Source: a virus | Lineage: Duplodnaviria > Caudoviricetes | Reading direction: 5' to 3' (one strand) | IMG/VR virus record: IMGVR_UViG_3300029288_000085 | Span: 64,001 to 128,000 of that record | DNA length: 64,000 nt | In this document: positions 39,684-48,549 of the stretch, piece by piece | Layout: each line of letters starts with the position of its first letter | How positions within the stretch are numbered: the stretch's first letter is position 1 | Translations under genes and position numbers: made by a program | Notes under the pieces: model-generated | Database searches by the model: none | What the model saw: the letters and a program-made list of their open reading frames with translations, nothing else | Told to the model about the DNA's origin: nothing

Positions 39684-40572
39684 CTCCTGATTTTCCTAAT
39701 CCACTACCATTATAAAACATCAGCCTCTTATCTTCTACATCTACTACACACGAAAAACAGATTTGTTCTGAATCCCAACCAGTTTCAGATACATCTATGC
39801 CAACTTCACTATCTTTTCTTATCCACTTCACTCCATCTTTAGATTCTGCATATCCTATTCTATATCCTACATCAAATCTTCTTATAGAATACCACATTTT
39901 ATATATTCTATCCTCTTTGATGACCCAAGGACGAGCTAACCCAAACTCATGTTTAGATCTTGGTATATAACATGGAAATCCCATTTTAAACATTTCACCA
40001 TCCGTCGATGAAGCATAAGATATACTATAACGTTCAACATCTTTACCATTATATTTTGCTATAAACCCCGTTCTGCTTCCTGTATACCACATTTTATATC
40101 TATCGAAATCTTTTATGACACATGATGCTGATCTAGCAATAAATTCTATATTAGTTCTATCTAAAATAGGAATTTGGTATTTTCTAATAAATGTATCTCC
40201 ATTATCTACACTAGTAGCTAATCCAGTAAAAAGAATTTGTGGTGCTTCAGTAGTTTTCATAAAACCAAAGTAATATAAGTATTTTATCTTACCAAAATTT
40301 AATATACAGGAAGGAACTACGCCATGTTCATCAAATGTACCTTTTTCTCCTTGTATAAGACATGGTTCTTCTGATTCGTATAGTATTTTCTTTGGGTTGG
40401 ATTTATCAACATCAATATATCCAATACGACCAATCATATTTTCATCTAGTGAAGTAGTATATATACGGATACAATCATCCCTAATATCTACTGTAGGAAG
40501 ATATGCCCGTTCTCTAGCCCACCACTTTTTTCCATTAGGTTTCCAGATGAAACCACATTTCTGCCATTTCAT
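39658..40572 (-). CDS. Five-bladed beta-propeller glycoside hydrolase/phosphorylase-like protein
   Basis: G..G.FD..GV, LA.S.D.G..F, Y.MWY, YA.S.DG..W repeats. Confidence 0.75.
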   Translation of the reverse strand: MKWQKCGFIWKPNGKKWWARERAYLPTVDIRDDCIRIYTTSLDENMIGRIGYIDVDKSNPKKILYESEEPCLIQGEKGTFDEHGVVPSCILNFGKIKYLYYFGFMKTTEAPQILFTGLATSVDNGDTFIRKYQIPILDRTNIEFIARSASCVIKDFDRYKMWYTGSRTGFIAKYNGKDVERYSISYASSTDGEMFKMGFPCYIPRSKHEFGLARPWVIKEDRIYKMWYSIRRFDVGYRIGYAESKDGVKWIRKDSEVGIDVSETGWDSEQICFSCVVDVEDKRLMFYNGSGLGKSGVGYAQLCK

Positions 40573-41339
40573 TTAAGACAGTTTTCCTTTGCTTCTGATT
40601 CATCACTACATACATTACAATTTATACATTTAGAATAACCAGTCGTATAATCATCAAAATTTAGTATCCATTCATGTCCTAATATATCTCTATAATATGG
40701 TTTAGTAAGATTTAATCTATTGTCTTCTTTATCACGTTTCCAAGTATGTCCTTCTTTGTATAATGAATTAGCTTTAATAAATGTAGAATCTGGTACATTG
40801 ATATTATTTATAACTGTACTATTAACCCCAAAGAAACAATTGTTTCCTATAGTCACATGACCACAAATACAAACTTCTGAAGTGATAAGATTATGTGATC
40901 CAATAACCGAATGATGCCCAACATGTGAATTAGCCCAAATTGTCGTATTTTCTCCTATTTTTATAAAGGGTTGAATAGTATTACCTTCCATTATAAAACA
41001 ACCTTCACCAACTATTACATTATTCCATACTGATGCTTTGCTACTGATATAAGTTGCCATTTCATAACCTTTATCTCGTGCTTCATAAAACTTCTTTTCT
41101 CTTAATTTGAGATTATCCCCATAACCAACAGCAATAAACATCTTATGAAAGTTAGGATCATATATGTCTTCAACATATTCAAATTCCACAATAGGCAAAT
41201 TGAATTTTGATGTTTCTTTCATATGACTTTTATCTACTGTAAAAGCCACAACTTTAAGATTAGAATCATGAGTAAAATATTCATATGCTAGTTCTGCAAA
41301 AGATGAAGTACCAAAAATTACTATTTGCTTATTAACCAT
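40569..41339 (-). CDS. Sugar O/N-acetyltransferase (NeuD/PglD-like, hexapeptide repeat) with an extra C-terminal Cys/His tail
   Basis: IVIFG...FAE, F.AVGY...R, and (I/V)G....I hexapeptide repeats with GHH. Confidence 0.85.
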   Translation of the reverse strand: MVNKQIVIFGTSSFAELAYEYFTHDSNLKVVAFTVDKSHMKETSKFNLPIVEFEYVEDIYDPNFHKMFIAVGYGDNLKLREKKFYEARDKGYEMATYISSKASVWNNVIVGEGCFIMEGNTIQPFIKIGENTTIWANSHVGHHSVIGSHNLITSEVCICGHVTIGNNCFFGVNSTVINNINVPDSTFIKANSLYKEGHTWKRDKEDNRLNLTKPYYRDILGHEWILNFDDYTTGYSKCINCNVCSDESEAKENCLK

Positions 41340-41340
41340 A

Positions 41341-42285
41341 TTAATTTAACTCCTTACGATATGTCTTTCTTAATACTCCCCTACCACCAAACCCACTCTT
41401 AAATTTAAATAATCCCCAATTCACTTTTTCACCCTTATCTTCTGTCGATATTCCTAAGTTTGCATACTTATAACTATTATCTAACCCCCACCTCATTACT
41501 TTATATATCACAACATTGAGAGAACGAAGAATCTGAAATTCATAATTCTGAGCAATATAAAAGATCTCAAAAGCATTCTCATTACCTTTGAATATTACAA
41601 TTCCAGCAGTCATTATATCTTCGTTATATGCAGTTACTAAAATTATATCATATGGAAATAAATTCTTTAGTCTTGTTATCTCTTCAATTGTATGTGTGGG
41701 CGCAACAGAATGTCTCTGTTCTAGATTCTTAGTGAGAATTTCCCAATATTTTTGCCATTCAATACTGTCAAATTCAATTCTAATATCCTGTGCTTTTCTT
41801 ATTGAACGTTCTGTTGAATCATCAATAAGAAATAGATTGTCTAACCGTATTGTACAAGCAAGATCCTTTGCAGAAAGGTTATATCCATTTCTTAAAAGCA
41901 TATATTCTAATTCATCACTTGGAACCTTATTATAGATATAAGGTGTCAATCTTAACTCAATTGCTTTATAAGAGGGAAATGATAGTAAGTCAATTATTTC
42001 ACGGATATCATCAAGGTCAGTATGGTAAGATAATACTAAACCTCCAATAGAACTACCTGGATGGCTAAATATAATCTTCTTTCCATTTTCAGATTTTTCT
42101 GCTGCTGGAAGTACAGCTACAAGTTCATTTCTTTTATAAAACATTAAGGATTTGTCTATGAAGCGATTTTTGTGGTAGGATAAAAATTTACGCAGATGAA
42201 AGATAGTGCCATTCTTTGAATTTTTTAAAACAAATAGATCCCATGAATCGGCTAGTAAGTCATTATAGTTTACACAACTGATCAT
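41341..42285 (-). CDS. GNAT / FemAB-like acyltransferase
   Basis: WD.FV..S.NGT.FH.R.FL.YH, SHPG...GG, G.STE..G..N.GL..FK.GFG. Confidence 0.85.
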   Translation of the reverse strand: MISCVNYNDLLADSWDLFVLKNSKNGTIFHLRKFLSYHKNRFIDKSLMFYKRNELVAVLPAAEKSENGKKIIFSHPGSSIGGLVLSYHTDLDDIREIIDLLSFPSYKAIELRLTPYIYNKVPSDELEYMLLRNGYNLSAKDLACTIRLDNLFLIDDSTERSIRKAQDIRIEFDSIEWQKYWEILTKNLEQRHSVAPTHTIEEITRLKNLFPYDIILVTAYNEDIMTAGIVIFKGNENAFEIFYIAQNYEFQILRSLNVVIYKVMRWGLDNSYKYANLGISTEDKGEKVNWGLFKFKSGFGGRGVLRKTYRKELN

Positions 42286-43270
42286 CTTCCCATTTCCTTG
42301 GTATCTCTTCCCCTGACAGGAAAGCCTCTAAAATATTTTTAAATTCCAAAATTCGATGTCTATCTAAATGATATCTGTTGATGACCTGAACAGCGTTGTC
42401 AACTATAACTTGAGCCTCATCTAGATTTTCTCTTATGTATTTCACTACTTTTATTATGTCACTAAGATCATTCTTATACTCAAAGAAAAATTCTTCTTCA
42501 CCAAATAATTCTTTCTGTCCATAAAACCAAGGGGTTAATAATACTGTTCCACTTGCCATTATTTCAAACATCTTTCCCAGAGTACAATGTAAATCACCAC
42601 CAGCATCTGATAGTCCAATAGTATATTTTCTTAATTCTATTGGATATTCTTTAGCTGGAATTATTTCTCTGTTAACTATTAAATTATGTTGTGATAATTT
42701 ATCAATAGCATTTTTCCTAAGACTATATAACTTTTCAGCTTTACCTATATTACCTAAGAAGACTACATTATTTACTCTCTGATGTAATTTTTCCCCTTCA
42801 TTAAATTCATTTTCATTTACTGACAAAGGAAGCCAAACTTTAGGCATAGTTAGTGGATCATTTTTCTTCATATATGACCTATTTATCATAAGATCAAATC
42901 CCATGTTACTGTACCAGTTAAGATCTGTATCATACAGTACAGCATAATAATCACCCTCAAAAATTACAAATGGTATGGAACTTAACTTATTCTTTGCTGG
43001 CATCCAATTGTGTGTTAGATTATATGTGAATGCAATTATGATATCTGGTCTGAATATACTATATAAATCATCTAGTGTATACTTACTATTATATTCAACA
43101 GGTGACAAAATTTTATCATTTAGAGTTTGTTCTTTAGGGCCATAAATGTTTACTTGGTGAAATTGTATCATCTTCATCCAAAAATCAAAATGTAATCTAC
43201 TAACATATGATCTTACATCACCTATTGAGGAATCAAATAGATATAGTAGCTTCATTTTATAGCCCACCAA
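42263..43270 (-). CDS. CgeB-like glycosyltransferase
   Basis: WLP.SV, LRK.AI, K.FEIMASG; paralogous to 37855..38844. Confidence 0.8.
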   Translation of the reverse strand: MVGYKMKLLYLFDSSIGDVRSYVSRLHFDFWMKMIQFHQVNIYGPKEQTLNDKILSPVEYNSKYTLDDLYSIFRPDIIIAFTYNLTHNWMPAKNKLSSIPFVIFEGDYYAVLYDTDLNWYSNMGFDLMINRSYMKKNDPLTMPKVWLPLSVNENEFNEGEKLHQRVNNVVFLGNIGKAEKLYSLRKNAIDKLSQHNLIVNREIIPAKEYPIELRKYTIGLSDAGGDLHCTLGKMFEIMASGTVLLTPWFYGQKELFGEEEFFFEYKNDLSDIIKVVKYIRENLDEAQVIVDNAVQVINRYHLDRHRILEFKNILEAFLSGEEIPRKWEDDQLCKL

Positions 43271-43764
43271 TCAGCAGTATCTGTATCTTCACATTTAAAA
43301 CAATATAGTTGTACATCCATATGATCACAGAAGAACTCATCTACTGCTTTTGTTACATTCAAATCGGTAAAATCATGTCCAGCAAATAACCCATCTAATT
43401 TTACTTTTGGATAGTATAACTCTAAATCTAATTTTATGTTATCATATTTATGATCCCCATCTATATATACAAAATCTAAAGTCTCATCATTAAATAAATT
43501 AATTACCTTTGCAGAAAAGTTTTTAATCCAAACAATTTTAGCTATATATTTTGAATCTAATCGACTATGGGCCAAATTTTCCCATCTGTTAATATTTTCT
43601 TGTCTAAAATGCTCATATTCTATGTAGGGGTCAATCAAATATAATAAGGCTATGTCAAGATTTTCTAGAATATTAAGAGCATTTTCTCCAGAACTAACCC
43701 CAATCTCAACACCAGTAAGATTTTTTCTATTTTTTATTACTCTGAATGCTGGTCTACTTATCAC
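43252..43764 (-). CDS. Class I SAM methyltransferase (Methyltransf_24-like)
   Basis: GVEIGV..G.NA, LIDPY, DFVYIDGDH, AGHDF. Confidence 0.9.
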   Translation of the reverse strand: MISRPAFRVIKNRKNLTGVEIGVSSGENALNILENLDIALLYLIDPYIEYEHFRQENINRWENLAHSRLDSKYIAKIVWIKNFSAKVINLFNDETLDFVYIDGDHKYDNIKLDLELYYPKVKLDGLFAGHDFTDLNVTKAVDEFFCDHMDVQLYCFKCEDTDTADWWAIK

Positions 43765-45188
43765 GGCTTAAATATCCAAAAGTCATGAGATCTAGAATCA
43801 TTAGCATCAACCGCAGAAAAGATTTCTACACCTTTAGCTTTGAAAAAATCATATACTGCTCTTTTTACTTGATTACCATCATTCTCCTCATCAAAATCAT
43901 GCCCTGCAACAAGACCTCCTGATTTGACTTTAGGATAATATAATTCTAAATCTTTCATCACTGCATCATATTTATGATCCCCATCTATATATACAAAATC
44001 TAATAATCTATCAATCTTCTCATATGCCTTGTCTGATGGCTCATAAATCCATGTGATTTTACGCATAAAATTATGAAGTAATTTTATAGAATCATTCTTT
44101 GTTTCATCATCATTTATATATGGGTCTATAAGATACATGTGTTCAATACTTAGATTAGCAAATATATTAAAGGCATTCTGACCTCTAAAAACGCCAATCT
44201 CTGCACCAATCATATCTTTCTTATCTTCAAGATTCCTGATTGATGGTCTATCTATTTTTCTAACTATATTTACCATTCGAGCAAATACAGCTTCCCAAGT
44301 ATATTCATTTACAGCCCTTGTTCTACCATTTATTGCAACTTTATAAGCCATACTATCATCAACTGATTTCATTAACTTGAGTAAATCATTTTCATTTTTG
44401 AAATAGAAAAGGTCTTTCTTGTCTTCAAAATATTTATTGAGTGTGCCAGTTGAATCTAAATGAAATACACAAGAACCACAAGCAAGGTATCTTATCAGTC
44501 TATTACTAAAATATTCTGTATGGATATCATTATAAGTATTTAATGATAGCATAAATTTTGATGATGAACACACTGTTGCAAAATCTGATTCAACAACTTC
44601 TTGTGGACTGTAACCATTACCATAGAACTTCACATTATATCCGGCATCCTCAAGAACCTTTTTATACTTGTCACGTTCTGGAGTTTTAGAACCAATAAAC
44701 GATATATCTGCTATACAATTACTATTTGAGTCTGTTGGTCTAAAAATGCTTGCGTCAATACCTTGTATAATGTGATGACATTTTCTTACACCCTCTGATT
44801 CGAACCATTGAGCAATATCTAATCCTGTACAAGAACTGAAATTAGCATTTTTAGCATGTTGTATAACTTCAGGGCAAGATTCAATCGTCTTTTTAGGATC
44901 AGGATTAAATAGCCATGTTTGCGTATAAGCATTACTTTTAGTAATAAGATCTGAATTCATACCATTACATTTGAAAAATACAGTTAAATATGGTCTGTGC
45001 TTATCTAATGTATATAACAACATATCTTCAAAAAATTTATTTCCTTTACTAGATATAATTGTCCTATAATTTATAGGTAGTACTTCAAACCCTAACCTCA
45101 AAGCAGCTTTCGAAAAAGCAATATTTGTAGATCCTCGTTTGTCTAAAACGCCGACTATACAAATTGTTTTCTTATCATTATTATCCAT
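43761..45188 (-). CDS. CgeB-like glycosyltransferase fused to a Methyltransf_24-like methyltransferase
   Basis: DISFIGS..P.R and SNR...YLACG in the N-terminal part; GAEIGV..G.NA...IDGDH..AGHDF in the C-terminal part. Confidence 0.88.
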   Translation of the reverse strand: MDNNDKKTICIVGVLDKRGSTNIAFSKAALRLGFEVLPINYRTIISSKGNKFFEDMLLYTLDKHRPYLTVFFKCNGMNSDLITKSNAYTQTWLFNPDPKKTIESCPEVIQHAKNANFSSCTGLDIAQWFESEGVRKCHHIIQGIDASIFRPTDSNSNCIADISFIGSKTPERDKYKKVLEDAGYNVKFYGNGYSPQEVVESDFATVCSSSKFMLSLNTYNDIHTEYFSNRLIRYLACGSCVFHLDSTGTLNKYFEDKKDLFYFKNENDLLKLMKSVDDSMAYKVAINGRTRAVNEYTWEAVFARMVNIVRKIDRPSIRNLEDKKDMIGAEIGVFRGQNAFNIFANLSIEHMYLIDPYINDDETKNDSIKLLHNFMRKITWIYEPSDKAYEKIDRLLDFVYIDGDHKYDAVMKDLELYYPKVKSGGLVAGHDFDEENDGNQVKRAVYDFFKAKGVEIFSAVDANDSRSHDFWIFKP

Positions 45189-45609
45189 TTATCTTCTCCA
45201 TTATTCCTATAATAATATTATCATAAGTATCTGGTTTTCGATATACAATCACATCATCCTCTTCAGTTGGCTTTTCAAAGTATGAATCTTTCCACATATA
45301 CTCAGTTGTACCATCAACAAATATCTGAATAGGTTTGATAAACTTCCTCATACACTCCAACCTCACTTTTCTAATTGGAGCAACCATTGCTATAATTGGT
45401 AAAACACCTTGCTTCTCAAATCTAGCTGCTAGATTAGATAACATATGCATCCATTTTGTTCTATCCTCATCAGTAAATCCTTTATAATATAAATCTTCTC
45501 TCATCTCATCTGCATCAAGTAATATCGAATTACTAATACTACTATTAAGATATCTTCCTAACGTACTTTTTCCCATTTTTACATACCCAAAAATAATGAT
45601 TACTGCCAT
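45181..45609 (-). CDS. cysC: Adenylyl-sulfate (APS) kinase-like P-loop kinase
   Basis: GxxxxGKST, LDAD..R, GFT.EDR, VAP...R, FE.P. Confidence 0.75.
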   Translation of the reverse strand: MAVIIIFGYVKMGKSTLGRYLNSSISNSILLDADEMREDLYYKGFTDEDRTKWMHMLSNLAARFEKQGVLPIIAMVAPIRKVRLECMRKFIKPIQIFVDGTTEYMWKDSYFEKPTEEDDVIVYRKPDTYDNIIIGIMEKING

Positions 45610-46131
45610 TTATTTTTCCACACTCCAATCCCAATCTTCAACACGTATCATTTTTTGTAGTGGATAGAAATAATCATTTACAGCCTTTACTACTTGTAGC
45701 CTGTATATCTTTTTAAAATCGTGCCCTGCAATCAATCCACCTATCTTTATTTTAGGATAAAAAAGAGCAATATCTTGCAATACATAAGGGTATCGATGAT
45801 TACCATCAACATAAGCAAAATCCAATGGATCTCTGACATGAACAGCCATATTTTCTGATAATCCTCTTAACCACACTAGCTTATCTTCAAATGGGGCTAA
45901 TATCTTTTTAGCATATTCCATGCATTTCAGAGCAGTTTCACTATTAGAAATTACACCATGCCCTTGCATATGATCATAACACATCCAAGGATCTATTAAA
46001 TATAGTTTTTTAATATTAAGATAGGTAAGCATAGAGAGGGCATTTTCTCCTGAGTCAACTCCAACTTCACAGCCAACAAGATTTGATTTTTCAGATAGGA
46101 CTTTTAAGGAAGGTCTTAATTCTTGTATCAT
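45610..46131 (-). CDS. Class I SAM methyltransferase (Methyltransf_24-like)
   Basis: GCEVGV..G.NA, DFAYVDGNH, GGLIAGHDF. Confidence 0.9.
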   Translation of the reverse strand: MIQELRPSLKVLSEKSNLVGCEVGVDSGENALSMLTYLNIKKLYLIDPWMCYDHMQGHGVISNSETALKCMEYAKKILAPFEDKLVWLRGLSENMAVHVRDPLDFAYVDGNHRYPYVLQDIALFYPKIKIGGLIAGHDFKKIYRLQVVKAVNDYFYPLQKMIRVEDWDWSVEK

Positions 46132-46133
46132 TA

Positions 46134-47132
46134 TTATCCTCTTTGGATTATTTCATTTAACTTATTTATATCATCCCCTAATACACAATCAAATTCATTT
46201 ATACCAGAATTTTCTGGTATAATAGTAATTATTTTCTCCCTCATTAATGCATCAAGGAATACCGCAAGATCTTTTGCAACGGTGGTAGCATCTATAGCTC
46301 TATAATCATAAACATATCTAAAAGAGCATGGAGTTTCAAATCTATTTTCTGCGATACAATGTCTATCCTTCTCATGTCCTATAATTAAAGAAGGAGTTCC
46401 ACAAAGTAGTCCGACATGAGTAAGACCTGATTGACTACTCACACAAGCTACAGATTTACACATATAATCCATTACCTTTTCAAACTTATCATCACTTTTA
46501 TCAGGAATAAGATTAATTACATTCTCACCTTGGTAATCTGCAAGAAAGGAACCAGAGGGTGTTCCACATAATACTACATAGAAATCTTCTCTTAGTATAT
46601 CTACTAATTCTCTCCAAACATATTCAGGAACATTTCTAATTGCTGCACGAGAACGCCCACGAGGACATACACATACGTATGGTCTACCTCTTATAGTACG
46701 ATTACTATTTTCAGTGGAATAGCGGGCATACATGGAGGGTTTATGATTTGGCCAGAACTTATCCGTTCCACGTGGTGGCCAAAACTCAATAGCTTTAGAG
46801 GGGTTATAAAACTGTCTAAAATACTCTATTAATTTGGCGTAAACATCTGGGGGTGTAAGCGAACCTGGAGGACTTCCTGGTAATGGTGATTCAAAGCAAT
46901 CCTTCTCAAGTTGTAATTCCTTAAACCAATCTGGTAGGTCCACTGTGTAGGATGTAAAATCATGTACCAAGACATGAAACTGAGTATCCATCATTATGAT
47001 AAACTTCCTGTCTTGGTACATGTTATTTTTCATATATCTAAGTAATGATTGATAATATTGACATAGCCAACCGAGTTCCCCGCAAAAGAAACTAACAAAA
47101 CAAGGTTCATCCACATAAAGTTCTTGTTTCAC
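46134..47132 (-). CDS. GT9-like glycosyltransferase
   Basis: GELGW, PR.R....RN...W..L, SQSG.TH...LCG.P. Confidence 0.7.
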   Translation of the reverse strand: MKQELYVDEPCFVSFFCGELGWLCQYYQSLLRYMKNNMYQDRKFIIMMDTQFHVLVHDFTSYTVDLPDWFKELQLEKDCFESPLPGSPPGSLTPPDVYAKLIEYFRQFYNPSKAIEFWPPRGTDKFWPNHKPSMYARYSTENSNRTIRGRPYVCVCPRGRSRAAIRNVPEYVWRELVDILREDFYVVLCGTPSGSFLADYQGENVINLIPDKSDDKFEKVMDYMCKSVACVSSQSGLTHVGLLCGTPSLIIGHEKDRHCIAENRFETPCSFRYVYDYRAIDATTVAKDLAVFLDALMREKIITIIPENSGINEFDCVLGDDINKLNEIIQRG

Positions 47133-47141
47133 ATCATACTC

Positions 47142-47507
47142 CTATTTTTTATTAGTTTTTCGAATTTCATCTATAATTAATCTATTAAGTGAATCAAATT
47201 TGACATCTAATTTTTCTTCAAGACGCTCAAATTTATTTTCAAATTTTTTAGTAGTATCACACATTGTGGTGTCTAATCGGGATAGTTGACTATTAAATTC
47301 ATCCTTTCTTACATAATAAGAAAGACTACCTAATACATTATTAATGTCAGATTCAAGAGCCAGAGTTCTTACATGCATAGCAGAAGCTTCTTGCATACCT
47401 GTGACGATATTTGATAATCCCCATGTCCCTAGACCTAAAACTATTGTAATAAATGAACCAAGCGCTAGTTTAGTAATGTTGGATTTTATTATTTTAGTTA
47501 CCATCAT
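47142..47507 (-). CDS. Membrane protein with one TM helix and a coiled coil (holin-like)
   Basis: N-terminal hydrophobic helix and C-terminal heptads. Confidence 0.5.
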   Translation of the reverse strand: MMVTKIIKSNITKLALGSFITIVLGLGTWGLSNIVTGMQEASAMHVRTLALESDINNVLGSLSYYVRKDEFNSQLSRLDTTMCDTTKKFENKFERLEEKLDVKFDSLNRLIIDEIRKTNKK

Positions 47508-47516
47508 ATCACACTC

Positions 47517-47918
47517 CTATTTCACCTCCGTAACACAGATACCAGCATAAAACAGGCACGGACTCCCTAATGGTGAAGAAATTTGATCTTGTAGTTTTAC
47601 ACCTACACGATATGATTTAACTATTTCTGGGACTGAATAAAATGTATCTACATTTTGAGAACTAGCAATAACCTTAGTATAAATCGAGGCAGGTCTATCT
47701 ACTGCATCAAACTTTCCTTCTACTCTGAAAACTAAAGATTTACCAGAATTATAAGTAGCTACTCTACTCTGGATTATTATTTTATCAGCTTTAGCATCAA
47801 TCCAACCTGTATCGGAAGACACACCACCCGTAGAATCATAAACAAAATGTGACGCTTCTACATCATATTTAGTAAAAAACGCACGACCCCATTGTGATTG
47901 AATCGTCATTAAAATCAA
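47517..47918 (-). CDS. Hypothetical, probably virion-associated beta-sandwich protein
   Basis: Beta-rich, in the late operon, with A-S/T motifs. Confidence 0.55.
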   Translation of the reverse strand: MILMTIQSQWGRAFFTKYDVEASHFVYDSTGGVSSDTGWIDAKADKIIIQSRVATYNSGKSLVFRVEGKFDAVDRPASIYTKVIASSQNVDTFYSVPEIVKSYRVGVKLQDQISSPLGSPCLFYAGICVTEVK

Positions 47919-48011
47919 CTCCTAATTGCAAAATTACCTTCACTACTTCCATTTCCACTAAACTACCAACACACATTTTAGTAAAGGAGTTATATCTCAA
48001 TATTATATATT

Positions 48012-48050
48012 GATGACTATTGGTGGGTTATTCACCCACCAACATAATCA
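48012..48050 (-). terminator. Strong hairpin after 48051..48458 (terminator or processing site)
   Basis: TGATTATGTTGGTGGGT-GAAT-AACCCACCAATAGTCA; no clear U tract. Confidence 0.5.
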
Positions 48051-48458
48051 TTAGTCCAAATTAACTGGGGATGCAAGAACATCCGTTACGAAATAGAATA
48101 TTCTAGCCTTTGGTTTACGTCTGCTCAAATACACTGAGCCAATTAGTGGTGTAGCTTGAATTGCTGTTACTGATGCCACTATGGACGCAGCTACTCCCTT
48201 ATTTCCAAAGAAAATATACTGTTGGGTTCCTAATTTAAGATAACCTTTTGCTGCGGCAATTTGTATCTTAGTATTTGCCTTAACATAAGTAGCAGTCACT
48301 GTAGCACATTTAATTGTGTCTGCATTGATTGTTTTCTTAACATTAATCTTAGTAGCTGTTAATGTTCCACAAACTACCTCATCACCTTGAAATTTATCAA
48401 AACCAGTTATGGTTTCGTCCCCATCTTTTGCCGTTACACTTGATCTAAAACTTGACAT
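48051..48458 (-). CDS. Hypothetical, probably a head fibre/decoration protein
   Basis: Short beta-repeat N-terminus (TLTATKI..TIKCATVTAT); lies downstream of the capsid gene. Confidence 0.55.
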   Translation of the reverse strand: MSSFRSSVTAKDGDETITGFDKFQGDEVVCGTLTATKINVKKTINADTIKCATVTATYVKANTKIQIAAAKGYLKLGTQQYIFFGNKGVAASIVASVTAIQATPLIGSVYLSRRKPKARIFYFVTDVLASPVNLD

Positions 48459-48549
48459 ATTTCATCACTTCCTTTTAGAGTGAGTGGTATATAGACAATA
48501 TGTCAGTATCTATATCGCATCGTATACGGAAGAAATTATACGAATCTCA

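Noticed and set aside
24346-47132. Host O-antigen/capsule locus or serotype conversion cassette
   Set aside because: No flippase, polymerase, undecaprenyl transferase or multi-TM proteins. The island contains phage HNH genes shared with the tail region. Not formally excluded without read data.
24346-47132. DNA hypermodification cluster
   Set aside because: No hydroxymethylase, TET/JBP or nucleotide-kinase partners in the window, and the location is late/structural; considered less likely.
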